The position numbers and the translations under genes are program-made. Shown piece by piece: positions 8,365-22,754 of a stretch of 64,000 nt of DNA (position 1 is the stretch's first letter; every line of letters starts with the position of its first letter). This DNA comes from Polaromonas sp. YR568. Its GTDB lineage: Bacteria; Pseudomonadota; Gammaproteobacteria; Burkholderiales; Burkholderiaceae_C. The stretch spans positions 682 to 64,681 of the forward strand of contig CAMCUN010000004.1 of the NCBI GenBank assembly GCA_945878995.1, given 5' to 3'. The notes below the pieces were generated by a model. That model was not told the DNA's origin. It searched no databases and worked only from the letters and a program-made list of their open reading frames with translations.

Positions 8365-8937
8365 TTGAACCCCCTTCCCTCGCTCATTGCCTGCGTGGGC
8401 CTGCCCGGCTCGGGCAAGTCCACTGTGGGGCGGCAACTGGCCAAGCGACTGGGTTGGCGTTTCATGGACTCCGACCAGGTCATTGAGCAGCGCTTAGGCT
8501 GCTCCATCAGAGAGTTTTTTGAGCGCGAAGGCGAGTCCGCCTTTCGCGACCTGGAAGAGCAGGTGATCGCTGAGATTTGCCGCGACGGGCAGGGCGTCTT
8601 GTCCACAGGTGGCGGCACGGTGCTGCGCTTGGCGAACCGACAGGTGTTGCGCCAACACGCCACGGTGATTTACCTGCACTCGCCGCCTGATGAGGTGTTC
8701 AGGCGCTTGCGCCACGACCAGAACCGCCCCCTGTTGCAAGTGGCTGACCCATTGGGCCGCTTGCGAGAGCTCTACCATGCACGTGATGCGCTTTACCGCG
8801 AAACCGCGCACCGCGTCTTGGAGACGGGTCGCCCCTCGGTGTCCAGCTTGGTCCACGCCATCCTCGCGCAATTCGACTCGCCCAGCCTGTCGGCTGTGGC
8901 GGGCCCGGGCGTGGCTTCGAGCACTGCCCGCAACTGA
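8365..8937 (+). CDS. aroK: Shikimate kinase
   Basis: Walker [20 protein letters not shown], followed by [15 protein letters not shown] and STGGG motifs. TTG start as given in the ORF track. It lies between pilQ and aroB. Confidence 0.9.
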   Translation: MNPLPSLIACVGLPGSGKSTVGRQLAKRLGWRFMDSDQVIEQRLGCSIREFFEREGESAFRDLEEQVIAEICRDGQGVLSTGGGTVLRLANRQVLRQHATVIYLHSPPDEVFRRLRHDQNRPLLQVADPLGRLRELYHARDALYRETAHRVLETGRPSVSSLVHAILAQFDSPSLSAVAGPGVASSTARN

Positions 8938-8972
8938 AAAACCCCATGGCCTCCTCCCCACTTCCCCCACTG

Positions 8973-9008
8973 TCCCCTATTTCCCCTATTTCCCCTATTT
9001 CCCCTAGG
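8973..9008 (+). repeat. 9-bp tandem repeat (tcccctatt x3 plus tcccctagg), with degenerate copies upstream from ~8958
   Basis: Read directly from the sequence: tcccctatt tcccctatt tcccctatt tcccctagg. It is in frame with the long aroB ORF and encodes [11 protein letters not shown]. Confidence 0.9.
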
Positions 9009-9038
9009 CCGCTGCCTTCATCTCTTGCACCTCAGCGC

Positions 9039-10136
9039 GTGAACATCTCGCTGGGCGAGCGCAGCTACCCCATCGTGATTGGCACGGGCTTGCTGGGCGA
9101 TGCCGCCACCTACGCCCAGCTGCCGGGAGCAGCCACCGCGCTCATCATCTCCAACACCACGGTGGCACCGCTGTATGCCGCACAGCTGCAAAGTGCCTTG
9201 CAAGCGCGTTACCCGCGCGTGTTGCTGCTTGAGCTGCCAGACGGCGAAGCCCACAAGGACTGGGCCCATCTGCAGCTGATTTTTGACACCCTGCTCCAAC
9301 ACGGCTGCGACCGCAAAACCGTGCTCTTTGCCCTGGGCGGCGGTGTGGTGGGCGACATGTGCGGCTTTGCCGCGGCCAGCTACATGCGCGGCGTGCCTTT
9401 TGTGCAGGTGCCCACCACCTTGCTGGCGCAGGTCGATTCTTCGGTGGGCGGCAAAACCGCCATCAACCACCCGCTGGGCAAGAACATGATCGGCGCGTTC
9501 TACCAGCCGCAGCTGGTGGTGTGCGACCTGGATGTGCTGGCCACGCTGCCCGAGCGCGAGCTCAGCGCGGGTCTGGCCGAAGTGATCAAGTACGGCCCCA
9601 TTGCCGACCTGGCTTTTTTGGACTGGATTGAAGCAACGCTTCCCGCCCTGCTTGCGCGCGATCCCCTGGCGCTGGCGCACGCCGTGCAGCGCAGCTGCGA
9701 AATCAAGGCCCATGTGGTGGGCCAAGACGAGCGCGAGGCCGGGCTGCGCGCCATTCTCAACTTTGGCCACACCTTTGGCCACGCCATTGAGGCTGGCATG
9801 GGCTACGGCCAATGGCTGCACGGCGAGGCCGTGGGCTGCGGCATGGTGATGGCTGCAGAGCTGTCTCAGCGCCTGGGCCTGATTGATGCGGCGCTGTCGG
9901 CCCGCCTCAAGCGCTTGGTGCTGGCCGCGGGCTTGCCCGTGCAGGGTCCGCGCTTGGCCGCCGACAACGCCGGGCGCTACCTGGACCTCATGCGCCTGGA
10001 CAAAAAAGCCCAGGCTGGCCAGATCAAGTTCGTGCTGATAGACCCCCCCGGCAGCGCCGCCGTGCGCGCCGCACCCGACGCGCTGGTGCGCCAGGTGATT
10101 GACGCCTGTTGCGCACCCATGGGTGCGCCAGCTTGA
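9039..10136 (+). CDS. aroB: 3-dehydroquinate synthase
   Basis: From the GTG at 9039 the product reads (V)[18 protein letters not shown], which aligns with the E. coli AroB N-terminus [21 protein letters not shown]. Downstream motifs include [26 protein letters not shown] and [12 protein letters not shown]. The ORF stays open upstream to the ATG at 8946, so the start is ambiguous. Confidence 0.92.
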   Translation: MNISLGERSYPIVIGTGLLGDAATYAQLPGAATALIISNTTVAPLYAAQLQSALQARYPRVLLLELPDGEAHKDWAHLQLIFDTLLQHGCDRKTVLFALGGGVVGDMCGFAAASYMRGVPFVQVPTTLLAQVDSSVGGKTAINHPLGKNMIGAFYQPQLVVCDLDVLATLPERELSAGLAEVIKYGPIADLAFLDWIEATLPALLARDPLALAHAVQRSCEIKAHVVGQDEREAGLRAILNFGHTFGHAIEAGMGYGQWLHGEAVGCGMVMAAELSQRLGLIDAALSARLKRLVLAAGLPVQGPRLAADNAGRYLDLMRLDKKAQAGQIKFVLIDPPGSAAVRAAPDALVRQVIDACCAPMGAPA

Positions 10137-10158
10137 GCGCCTTGCGGCACGGCTCGGC

Positions 10159-11298
10159 ATGACCTTGGCGCCTTATGCCTGCGACCCGTCGCTCTCGCGC
10201 GGGCGGCGCTACCCGGAGATTCCAGCGCCCACCCGCTCGGAGTACCAGCGTGACCGTGACCGCATCGTGCACTCCACGGCTTTCAGGCGCCTGGTCTACA
10301 AAACCCAGGTGTTTCTCAACCACGAGGGCGACCTTTTTCGAACTCGGCTGACCCATTCGCTGGAGGTGGCGCAGCTGGGCCGCTCCATGGCGCGCTCTTT
10401 GCAGCTGAACGAAGACCTGGTCGAAGCCATCGCCCTGGCCCACGATTTGGGCCACACGCCCTTTGGCCATGCGGGGCAAGACGCGCTGAATGCCTGCATG
10501 GCCGAGCACGGCGGTTTTGAGCACAACCTGCAAAGCCTGCGGGTGGTTGACAAGCTCGAAGAGCGCTACCCGGCCTACGACGGGCTGAACCTGAGCTTTG
10601 AGGCGCGGGAAGGCATCCTCAAGCACTGCTCGCGCCGCCACGCCGAAGAGCTCGAGGCCGCCGAGCCCGGCGGCGTGGCCAGGCGCTTTTTAGACCGCAG
10701 CCAGCCCAGCCTGGAGGCGCAGCTGTGCAACCTGGCCGACGCCATTGCTTATAACGCCCACGACATTGACGACGGCGTGCGCTCCGGCCTCATCACCTTG
10801 GCGCAGCTCAAGGAGCTTGATTTATTTGAGCGCTACCGCCTGCAAGCGCTTCAAGAGCACCCGGACTTGGCGCAGCCCCAGCGGGCGCGCCGCCTCTTGT
10901 ACGAGGCCATACGCCGCATGCTCAGCGAACAGGTCTACGACCTGATTGCCACCACCCAAGTCTTGCTGGCCCAAGCCCGACCAAGAAGTGCGGATGCGGC
11001 CAGGCAGGCCGGGCCTTTGGTGCGATTTTCAGACGCCATGCATGCCCAGGGTGTGCAGCTCAAGCAATTTTTATTCGCCCAGCTTTACCGGCACCCGCAG
11101 GTCATGCACACCACCGGCTGTGCCCAGCAGATCGTGCGCGAGTTGTTTGCCGCTTACATGACTCAGCCCTCGGCCATGCCCGCCGATTACGCCGCGCAAG
11201 CCGATGGCCCGCGCGCCGTGGCCGACTACATTGCCGGCATGACAGACCGCTTTGCCGCACGCGAACACGAGCGCCTGACCGGGCAGCGCTTGCTGTGA
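10159..11298 (+). CDS. dgt: dGTP triphosphohydrolase-like HD-domain protein
   Basis: SEYQRDRDRIVHSTAFRRLVYKTQVF, RLTHSLEVAQLGRS and LAHDLGHTPFGH are the canonical Dgt-family HD motifs. Start chosen at MTLAPY. Confidence 0.85.
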   Translation: MTLAPYACDPSLSRGRRYPEIPAPTRSEYQRDRDRIVHSTAFRRLVYKTQVFLNHEGDLFRTRLTHSLEVAQLGRSMARSLQLNEDLVEAIALAHDLGHTPFGHAGQDALNACMAEHGGFEHNLQSLRVVDKLEERYPAYDGLNLSFEAREGILKHCSRRHAEELEAAEPGGVARRFLDRSQPSLEAQLCNLADAIAYNAHDIDDGVRSGLITLAQLKELDLFERYRLQALQEHPDLAQPQRARRLLYEAIRRMLSEQVYDLIATTQVLLAQARPRSADAARQAGPLVRFSDAMHAQGVQLKQFLFAQLYRHPQVMHTTGCAQQIVRELFAAYMTQPSAMPADYAAQADGPRAVADYIAGMTDRFAAREHERLTGQRLL

Positions 11299-12500
11299 GC
11301 GCCGGCGCTGTTCAAACCGGCCGGACTGCGGCCTTGGTGGTGTTGGGCGGCATGGTGGCCGCCTTGCACCTGGGCAAGCTGCCGCCCGCCTTGCCTGCGC
11401 TGCAAGCCGACTTGGGCATCAGCTTGGTGCAGTCTGGTTTTTTGTTGTCCATGGTGCAAATGGCGGGCATGCTGCTGGCTATTTTTGTGGGGCTGGCGGC
11501 CGACAGTGCGGGCCTCAAGCGCAGCATGGTGGCGGGTCTGAGCATTTTGGCGCTGGCCAGTGTGCTGGGCGGCTTGGCCAACTCGGCCTGGATGCTGCTG
11601 GGCTTGCGCGCTCTGGAGGGCCTGGGCTTTTTGCTCACCGTGCTGTCCGCGCCCGCCTTGATCCGCCGGCTGGTGGCGCCCGAGCGCCTGGCCGGCATGC
11701 TGGGGGTGTGGGGCACTTACATGCCTGTGGGCACCGCCGTGGCCTTGTTGGCTGGCCCCTTCGTCATTCCAACTTGGGGCTGGGCGCTGTGGTGGGAGCT
11801 GTTTGCCGCTGTGGCAGCGCTGACGGCCTGGGCCTTGTACCGCTGGGTGCCGGCTGACCCGCCTGCACCTGCGGTCAGCCAGCGCAGCCCTGCATGGGCC
11901 CGCCTGCAAGGCACGCTCAGCCACCCCGGCCCTTGGCTGGTGGCGCTCATGTTTTCGGTGTATTCCTCGCAGTGGCTGGCCGTGGTCGGGTTTTTGCCGT
12001 CTATCTACGCCCAAGCCGGTGTGGGCGGTGCGTTGCTGGGTGTGCTCACGGCGGGGGCAGCCGCCATCAACCTGGTGGGCAACCTGGCCTCAGGCCGCTT
12101 GTTGCAGCGCGGCTGGGCGCCTGAGCATTTGTTGTGGACGGGTTTTGCCAGCATGGCGCTGGGCAGCGCCTTGGCTTTTGCGGGTTGGACCGAGGGCCAG
12201 CCCTGGTTGCGCTATGCGGGAGTGCTGCTTTTTTCCAGCGTGGGCGGACTGGTGCCGGGTACTTTGTTCTTGCTGGCCGTGCGCCTAGCCCCAGGTGAGC
12301 GCCAAGTGGCCACCACCGTGGGTTGGGCCCAGCAGTGGTCGGCGCTGGGTCAATTTTTTGGCCCGCCCGTCGTCGCCTGGGCGGTGGCACGCAGCGGTGG
12401 CTGGCACATCACACCCTGGGTGACCGGGGCTTGCTGCGTGGCGGGGGCAGGGCTGGCTTGGTTGGCGGGGCGCGAACTGCGGCGTGCCTCAGCGCGTTGA
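11295..12500 (+). CDS. MFS transporter
   Basis: 401 aa with about 12 hydrophobic segments and an MFS-like loop pattern. Its GTG start overlaps the dgt stop (GTGA). Substrate unknown. Confidence 0.7.
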   Translation: MSAGAVQTGRTAALVVLGGMVAALHLGKLPPALPALQADLGISLVQSGFLLSMVQMAGMLLAIFVGLAADSAGLKRSMVAGLSILALASVLGGLANSAWMLLGLRALEGLGFLLTVLSAPALIRRLVAPERLAGMLGVWGTYMPVGTAVALLAGPFVIPTWGWALWWELFAAVAALTAWALYRWVPADPPAPAVSQRSPAWARLQGTLSHPGPWLVALMFSVYSSQWLAVVGFLPSIYAQAGVGGALLGVLTAGAAAINLVGNLASGRLLQRGWAPEHLLWTGFASMALGSALAFAGWTEGQPWLRYAGVLLFSSVGGLVPGTLFLLAVRLAPGERQVATTVGWAQQWSALGQFFGPPVVAWAVARSGGWHITPWVTGACCVAGAGLAWLAGRELRRASAR

Positions 12501-12549
12501 GCCCGCTGGCGACCTGGGCTGTCGGCCAGAGGTGGTTGGGCTTGGTGCC

Positions 12550-12578
12550 AAAAAAGAGGCGCCGCAGCGCCTCTTTTG
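12550..12578. terminator. Bidirectional rho-independent terminator between the convergent MFS and Bug genes
   Basis: aaaaa-gaggcgc-cgca-gcgcctc-tttt: a 7-bp GC stem, a 4-nt loop, an A-run on one side and a T-run on the other. Confidence 0.6.
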
Positions 12579-12599
12579 AGCTTTCAAGCTGAGTGGTGC

Positions 12600-13574
12600 T
12601 TATTCAGCCTCGATCTTGGCCTCGCGGATGGCCTTGGCCCATTTGGCGGTTTCCAGCTTGCTGCGCTGCGCCAGGGCCTCGGGTGAGGCCGGGGCTGTTT
12701 CAAAGCCCAGGGCGGCGAAGCGCTCCAAAATGTCTTTGTCGGTCGCTGCCGCATTGGCCGCGCGGTTGAGCCGGTTGATCACCTCGGGCGGCGTGCCGGC
12801 GGGGGCGAACAGGGCAAAGTAGGCAATCAGCTCATAGTCCTTCAAGCCCAGCGCCTCGTTGACCGTGGGCAACTCGGGGATGGCTTTGGAGCGCTGCGTC
12901 GAGGTCACGGCCAGGCCGCGCACCTTGCCCGCTTTGACCTGCGGCAGCATCACTGCAAAGTCGGCGGTGAACAAATTCACCTGGCCGCCTATGAGGTCGG
13001 TCATGGCCGCCGGGCCGCCCTTGTAGGGCACATGCGTCATGGAGATGTCGGCCATGCTGGTGAGCATTTCGGTGGACACGCGCTGCGAGGTGCTGGCGCT
13101 GGCAAAGGTCATTTGGCCGGGCTTGGACTTGGCCATGGCCACCAACTCTTTGAGCGTTTTGACGGGCACATCGTTGTTGACCCCGACGATCAGCGGCACC
13201 GAGCCGAGGTAGGCGATGGGCGCAAAAGCCGTGTCTTGGTCATAGGGCAGCTTTTTCATCAGGCTTTTGAGCGCCGCGTTGGTGCTGTTGGTGCCCACCA
13301 AGATGGTGTAGCCGTCGGCCGGCGACTTGGCCACCGCGTCGGCGCCCAGCATGCCGTTCACACCCGCCCGGTTCTCCACCACGATGGGCTGGCCCAGGTT
13401 CTCTGCCATTTTTTGCGCAAAAGCCCGGCCAATCTGGTCGGTGGCGCTGCCAGGCGCAAAAGGCACGATGGCCTTGATGGGTTTGCTCGGAAATGCCGGG
13501 GCTTGCGCCAGCACCTGCGCACTCAGGCCCAAGCCCAACATCAGGCCCAAAAGACGGGGGAAACGAAAGCGCAT
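12600..13574 (-). CDS. Bug-family (TctC-like) tripartite tricarboxylate transporter substrate-binding protein
   Basis: 324 aa. It has a signal peptide (MRFRFPRLLGLMLGLGLSAQVLA) and the motifs PSKPIKAIVPFAPGSATD and VENRAGVNG typical of Bug proteins. No tctAB genes are adjacent, so it is an orphan Bug. Confidence 0.85.
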   Translation of the reverse strand: MRFRFPRLLGLMLGLGLSAQVLAQAPAFPSKPIKAIVPFAPGSATDQIGRAFAQKMAENLGQPIVVENRAGVNGMLGADAVAKSPADGYTILVGTNSTNAALKSLMKKLPYDQDTAFAPIAYLGSVPLIVGVNNDVPVKTLKELVAMAKSKPGQMTFASASTSQRVSTEMLTSMADISMTHVPYKGGPAAMTDLIGGQVNLFTADFAVMLPQVKAGKVRGLAVTSTQRSKAIPELPTVNEALGLKDYELIAYFALFAPAGTPPEVINRLNRAANAAATDKDILERFAALGFETAPASPEALAQRSKLETAKWAKAIREAKIEAE

Positions 13575-13676
13575 GAGGACTCCTCAAAATAAAAACAATG
13601 TCCTCAATATTAGGCGCTGCCCGCCAAGTCCCAACTTAGGATCTACCCGCTCAAACTCGCACATCAGATTAACTGC

Positions 13677-14492
13677 ATTAATTGGGGTCAGATACAGATT
13701 AAACTTTTCCATGGCCAGACAACCCCGCCTCACCCTTCCCGGATTTCCGCACCATGTGATTCAGCGTGGCAACGACCGGCAAGCTATTTTCAAAGACGAC
13801 CATGACCGACTGCGGCTGCTCGGCTTGTGGGCCGAGCATGCGGCGCGCACCCGGGTGGCCCTCCATGCCTACGTGCTCATGGACAACCACTTTCACTTGC
13901 TGCTCACGCCCGAGACCGAGACCGGCATGCCCGAAATGATGCAAGCCGTGGGCCGCAGCTATGTGCGCTATTTCAACAACCGCCACGGCCGCACAGGCAC
14001 CTTGTGGGAAGGGCGCTACCGGTCCAGCCTGATTGACACTGAACAGTATCTGCTGACCTGCATGGCCTACATCGACCTCAACCCCGTGCGCGCTGGGGTG
14101 GTAGAGGGGCCTGCTGACTTTGCCTGGTCCAGCCACAGGCACTACATAGGGCAGCAGGTGAACAAATGGGTGACGCCGCACGCACTGATTTGGGGCTTGG
14201 GCAACACGCCTTTTGCGCGTGAGGTGGCTTACCTGGACATGGTGCAGGCGGGCGTGTCCCCGGCCCAGCAAGCATCCTTGACCCATTCGGCCTTGACCGG
14301 ATGGACATTGGGCTCAGAAAAGTTCGTTCACAGTTTGAAGGAGCGGACTGGCCACAAGCTCACGCCTGCCAAGGCCGGGCGTCCGCGTTTGGCCAAGGAC
14401 TGAGCTGCAGCCTAGGCCGGCACTTTGATCTGTCCCCAATTAATTTTGCGAGGTTGGCCGGACGAATTAATCTGTATCTGACCCCAATTATT
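13677..14492 (+). mobile_element. RAYT unit: REP-associated tyrosine transposase gene bracketed by inverted REP sequences
   Basis: The left REP is attaattggggtcagatacagattaa (13677..13702). Its reverse complement recurs downstream at 14467..14492 (24/26 match), with a partial copy at 14428..14445 (17/18 match). Both flanks are AT-rich relative to the surrounding DNA. Confidence 0.75.
13711..14403 (+). CDS. REP-associated tyrosine transposase (IS200/IS605-like Y1 HUH transposase, RAYT)
   Basis: MARQPRLTLPGFPHHVIQRGNDRQAIF..., HUH motif in YVLMDNHFHLLL, GTLWEGRYRS, and the catalytic Tyr region MAYIDLNPVRAG. About 230 aa, typical of TnpA-REP. The ORF-track start at 13327 overlaps the Bug gene and was rejected. 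Confidence 0.85.
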   Translation: MARQPRLTLPGFPHHVIQRGNDRQAIFKDDHDRLRLLGLWAEHAARTRVALHAYVLMDNHFHLLLTPETETGMPEMMQAVGRSYVRYFNNRHGRTGTLWEGRYRSSLIDTEQYLLTCMAYIDLNPVRAGVVEGPADFAWSSHRHYIGQQVNKWVTPHALIWGLGNTPFAREVAYLDMVQAGVSPAQQASLTHSALTGWTLGSEKFVHSLKERTGHKLTPAKAGRPRLAKD

Positions 14493-14559
14493 TTCGTTGG
14501 CATTGTTGTTGCAAAGCCTTATGCTCCGCGATCTGGTTTTTTGAACATGAGGGTTTCCC

Positions 14560-19281
<4,722 letters not shown>

Positions 19282-19377
19282 GCCGCAGCCAAGCTGTTTG
19301 AAATTTTGCAGAACACAGCCCGCCGGTGAGATTTACCTCGGGCCCTGTTCTCCACTGACTGACAAAAGGAATCCATC

Positions 19378-20844
19378 ATGGGAAAAATCACCGGCTTTAT
19401 GGAGTTTGAGCGCCTTGAGGAGGGCTACAAACCCGTGCCAGAGCGCTTGAAGAATTACAAAGAATTCGTCATTGGTCTGGACGACAAGCAAGCCAAAACC
19501 CAGGCCGCCCGTTGCATGGACTGCGGCACGCCGTTTTGCAACAGCGGCTGCCCGGTCAACAACATCATTCCTGACTTCAATGAAATGGTGTTCCGCGCAG
19601 ACTGGCACAACGCCATCGTCACGCTGCACAGCACCAACAACTTTCCGGAGTTCACCGGCCGTATTTGCCCCGCCCCGTGCGAGGCCGCGTGCACGCTCAA
19701 CGTCAACGATGACGCGGTGGGCATCAAGTCCATTGAGCACGCCATCATTGACCGCGCCTGGGCCGAAGGCTGGGTCAAGCCGCAGCCACCCAAGCACAAA
19801 ACGGGCAAAAAAGTGGCCGTGGTGGGCTCAGGCCCGGCCGGCATGGCGGCGGCCCAGCAGCTCGCCCGCGTTGGCCACGATGTGACGGTGTTCGAGAAAA
19901 ACGACCGCGTGGGCGGCTTGCTGCGCTACGGCATTCCTGACTTCAAGATGGAGAAAATCCACATCGACCGCCGCGTCGAGCAAATGCAAGCCGAGGGCGT
20001 GACCTTTCGCACCGGCGTGATGGTGGGCGAGTTGCCACAAGGCTCCAAGGTCACCAACTGGGCCCAAGAAACCATCAGCCCGGCGCAGCTGAACCAAGAG
20101 TTTGACGCCGTGCTGCTGGCCGGTGGTTCTGAGCAGTCGCGCGATTTGCCCGTGCCCGGCCGCGAGCTGGAAGGCGTGCATTTCGCCATGGAGTTTTTGC
20201 CCCAGCAAAACAAGGTCAACGCGGGCGACGCTTACAAGAACCAGTTGCGCGCCGACGGCAAGCACGTCATTGTCATAGGCGGCGGCGACACCGGCAGCGA
20301 CTGCGTGGGCACCAGCAACCGCCACGGCGCGGCCAGTGTGACCCAGTTTGAGGTCATGCCCCAGCCCCCCGAGCAGGAAGACAAGCCCTTGGTTTGGCCC
20401 TACTGGCCGCTGAAAATGCGCACCTCGTCGTCTCATGAAGAAGGCTGTGTGCGCGAGTTTGCTGTCTCCACCAAGGAGTTTGTGGGACACAACGGAAAAC
20501 TCACGGGCCTCAAAACCGTGCATGTCGAAATGAAGGGCGGCAAGCTGCTTGAGATTCCTGGCACTGAAAAAGAACACCAGGCCGACCTGGTGCTGCTGGC
20601 CATGGGTTTTGTGAACCCGGTGGCCACAGTCTTGGACGCCTTTGGCGTGGACAAAGACAACCGGGGCAATGCCCGGGCCCACACGGAATTTACCGGTGGT
20701 TACCTCACCAACGTGCCCAAGGTGTTTGCCGCAGGCGACGTGCGCCGAGGCCAGTCGCTGGTGGTGTGGGCGATCCGCGAGGGCCGCCAAGCCGCCCGAG
20801 CCATGGACGAGTACCTCATGGGTTACTCCGACCTGCCACGCTGA
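19378..20844 (+). CDS. gltD: Glutamate synthase (NADPH) small subunit
   Basis: 488 aa. It has Fe-S cysteines ([18 protein letters not shown]) and the Rossmann motifs [14 protein letters not shown] and [13 protein letters not shown]. Confidence 0.97.
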   Translation: MGKITGFMEFERLEEGYKPVPERLKNYKEFVIGLDDKQAKTQAARCMDCGTPFCNSGCPVNNIIPDFNEMVFRADWHNAIVTLHSTNNFPEFTGRICPAPCEAACTLNVNDDAVGIKSIEHAIIDRAWAEGWVKPQPPKHKTGKKVAVVGSGPAGMAAAQQLARVGHDVTVFEKNDRVGGLLRYGIPDFKMEKIHIDRRVEQMQAEGVTFRTGVMVGELPQGSKVTNWAQETISPAQLNQEFDAVLLAGGSEQSRDLPVPGRELEGVHFAMEFLPQQNKVNAGDAYKNQLRADGKHVIVIGGGDTGSDCVGTSNRHGAASVTQFEVMPQPPEQEDKPLVWPYWPLKMRTSSSHEEGCVREFAVSTKEFVGHNGKLTGLKTVHVEMKGGKLLEIPGTEKEHQADLVLLAMGFVNPVATVLDAFGVDKDNRGNARAHTEFTGGYLTNVPKVFAAGDVRRGQSLVVWAIREGRQAARAMDEYLMGYSDLPR

Positions 20845-21001
20845 GCCCTCGCGGTCGCCCAGGGGGCCTGATGTGAAGGCACCGGCCTGGCGGCCGTTGC
20901 GTGCGAGGGCCGCCAAGCCGCACCAGCGATGGACGAGTACCTCATGGGTTACTCCGACCTGCCACGCTGAGCCCTCGCGGTCGCCCAGGGGGCCTGATGT
21001 G
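20777..21001 (+). repeat. Tandem duplication (two ~99-bp copies, period 126 bp) of the gltD 3' end including its stop codon
   Basis: Copy 1 (20777..20875) and copy 2 (20903..21001) are identical except for a ~4-nt mismatch cluster (ccgagccatgg versus accagcgatgg). A third short echo, ctgccacgctga, occurs at ~21014. Confidence 0.9.
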
Positions 21002-21071
21002 GGGATATCAGAACTGCCACGCTGAAGTGCTTGAGCTGACCGTGGCCGGTATGATCACGACAATCCATGAA

Positions 21072-21095
21072 AGCCGGCGTTGCTGCCGGCTTTTT
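21072..21095 (+). terminator. Rho-independent terminator after gltBD
   Basis: agccggc-gttgct-gccggct followed by ttttt. It sits just upstream of the preferred mlaF start. Confidence 0.6.
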
Positions 21096-21102
21096 CAACT
21101 TC

Positions 21103-21963
21103 ATGTCAGAACCCTCACCGCCCGCCACCGACGATTTGGTTGAACTGCGCGACCTCACTTTTGCCTATCCGGGCACCGAGGGCACGCGAACGATTCTCCA
21201 GAGCGTTAGCCTGCGCATCCCGCGTGGCAAGGTGACCGCGCTCATGGGCGCCTCCGGGGGCGGTAAAACCACGGTGCTGCGGCTCATTGGCGGCCAGCAG
21301 CTCGCCAGCGCGGGTCAGGTCTTGTTTGACGGCCAAGACGTGGCCAGCTTGGATGCGGCGGGTTTGTATGCCATGCGCAGGCGCATGGGCATGCTGTTTC
21401 AGTTTGGCGCCTTGTTCACCGACCTGAGTGTGTTTGACAACGTGGCTTTCCCGCTGCGCGAACACACGCCGCTGACCCCGGCCCTGATCCGCGACATTGT
21501 GCTCATGAAGCTGGACGCCGTGGGCCTGCGCGGTGCGCGCGATCTCATGCCCTCGCAAATTTCGGGCGGCATGGCCAGGCGGGTGGCCTTGGCGCGTGCC
21601 ATTGCGCTGGACCCTGAGCTCATCATGTACGACGAGCCCTTTGCGGGACTGGACCCGATTTCTTTGGGCACTGCCGCCCAACTCATTCGCCAGCTCAACG
21701 ACACCTTGGGCATCACCAGCATCGTGGTCTCGCACGACTTGGAAGAAACCTTTCGCATTGCCGACCAGGTCATCATCTTGGCCAATGGCGGCATTGCCGC
21801 CCAGGGCACGCCCGAGGAGGTGAGGCACTCCAGCGATCCATTGGTGCACCAATTCGTCAATGCACTGAGCCACGGACCGGTGCAGTTTCACTACCCGGGC
21901 CCGTCGGTGGCCGATGATTTTGGCCCGGGCTCGGCCACGACCGCGCGCAAAGGACGGCGATGA
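21103..21963 (+). CDS. mlaF: Phospholipid ABC transporter ATP-binding protein MlaF
   Basis: Near full-length similarity to E. coli MlaF: GASGGGKTT, LFQFGALFTDLSVFDNVAFPLREH, LSGGMARRVALARA, MYDEPFAGLDP, and a C-terminal HGPVQFHYPG tail. Start chosen downstream of the terminator; an alternative ATG lies at 21067. Confidence 0.93.
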   Translation: MSEPSPPATDDLVELRDLTFAYPGTEGTRTILQSVSLRIPRGKVTALMGASGGGKTTVLRLIGGQQLASAGQVLFDGQDVASLDAAGLYAMRRRMGMLFQFGALFTDLSVFDNVAFPLREHTPLTPALIRDIVLMKLDAVGLRGARDLMPSQISGGMARRVALARAIALDPELIMYDEPFAGLDPISLGTAAQLIRQLNDTLGITSIVVSHDLEETFRIADQVIILANGGIAAQGTPEEVRHSSDPLVHQFVNALSHGPVQFHYPGPSVADDFGPGSATTARKGRR

Positions 21964-22754
21964 ACACCTCCAAACCCTGGGCTTTGCTGGCCCAACTGGG
22001 CTTTGGCATTCGGCGCAAACTGGCCGATGTGGGCCATGCCTGCCGCCTGTTTGCCCACCTGCTGACGCTCAGCCCGGTCACGCTCAAGCGTTTTGGGCTG
22101 GTGCGCGACCAAATTTTCTTTTTGGGCAACTACTCGCTGGCCATCATCGCGGTGTCTGGGCTGTTTGTGGGTTTTGTGCTGGGCCTGCAGGGCTACTACA
22201 CCTTGCAGCGCTACGGCTCGGCCGAGGCTCTGGGCCTGCTGGTGGCGCTGAGCTTGGTGCGCGAACTCGGGCCCGTGGTCACGGCGCTCTTGTTTGCCGG
22301 GCGCGCGGGCACGGCGCTGACGGCCGAAATTGGCCTGATGAAAGCCGGCGAACAACTCTCGGCCATGGAGATGATGGCGGTGGACCCCGTGCGCCGCATC
22401 TTGGCGCCGCGCCTGTGGGGCGGCATCATTGCCATGCCTTTGCTGGCGGCGGTGTTCAGCGCCGTGGGCATCTTGGGTGGCTGGCTGGTGGGCGTGGTGA
22501 TGATTGGGGTGGACGAGGGCTCTTTTTGGAGCCAGATGCAAGGCGGCGTGGATGTCTGGCGCGATGTGGGCAATGGCATTCTCAAAAGCGTGGTGTTTGG
22601 CGTCACCGTCACCTTTGTGGCGCTTTACCAGGGCTTTGAGGCGCAGGCCACGCCAGAGGGCGTCTCGCGCGCCACCACCCGCACCGTGGTTCAAGCCTCT
22701 TTGGCGGTGCTCGGTCTGGACTTTGTGCTCACGGCCTTGATGTTCAGTTTGTAA
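21960..22754 (+). CDS. mlaE: Phospholipid ABC transporter permease MlaE
   Basis: 264 aa polytopic protein. ELGPVVTALLFAGRAGTALTAEIGLMKAGEQLSAMEMMAVDP is the MlaE signature. ATGA overlap with mlaF. Confidence 0.93.
   Translation: MNTSKPWALLAQLGFGIRRKLADVGHACRLFAHLLTLSPVTLKRFGLVRDQIFFLGNYSLAIIAVSGLFVGFVLGLQGYYTLQRYGSAEALGLLVALSLVRELGPVVTALLFAGRAGTALTAEIGLMKAGEQLSAMEMMAVDPVRRILAPRLWGGIIAMPLLAAVFSAVGILGGWLVGVVMIGVDEGSFWSQMQGGVDVWRDVGNGILKSVVFGVTVTFVALYQGFEAQATPEGVSRATTRTVVQASLAVLGLDFVLTALMFSL

Noticed and set aside
8973-9008. Possible CRISPR or minisatellite array
   Set aside because: It has only four contiguous 9-bp units with no spacers. It is a simple tandem repeat, not a CRISPR array.
9018-10160. 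380-aa minus-strand ORF
   Set aside because: It is antisense to aroB and has shadow-ORF composition (runs of A/G/R/H/Q).
13327-13710. Upstream 128 codons of the RAYT ORF as drawn in the track
   Set aside because: The extension overlaps the Bug gene on the opposite strand and crosses the AT-rich REP region. The ATG at 13711 gives the canonical RAYT N-terminus (MARQPRL..LPGFPHHVIQRG).
19828-20916. 362-aa minus-strand ORF
   Set aside because: It is antisense to gltD, a high-GC frame artefact.
21067-21102. Upstream ATG start for mlaF (MKAGVAAGFFNF...)
   Set aside because: These 12 codons are encoded by the gltBD terminator hairpin and T-run. The ATG at 21103 aligns better with the E. coli MlaF length.
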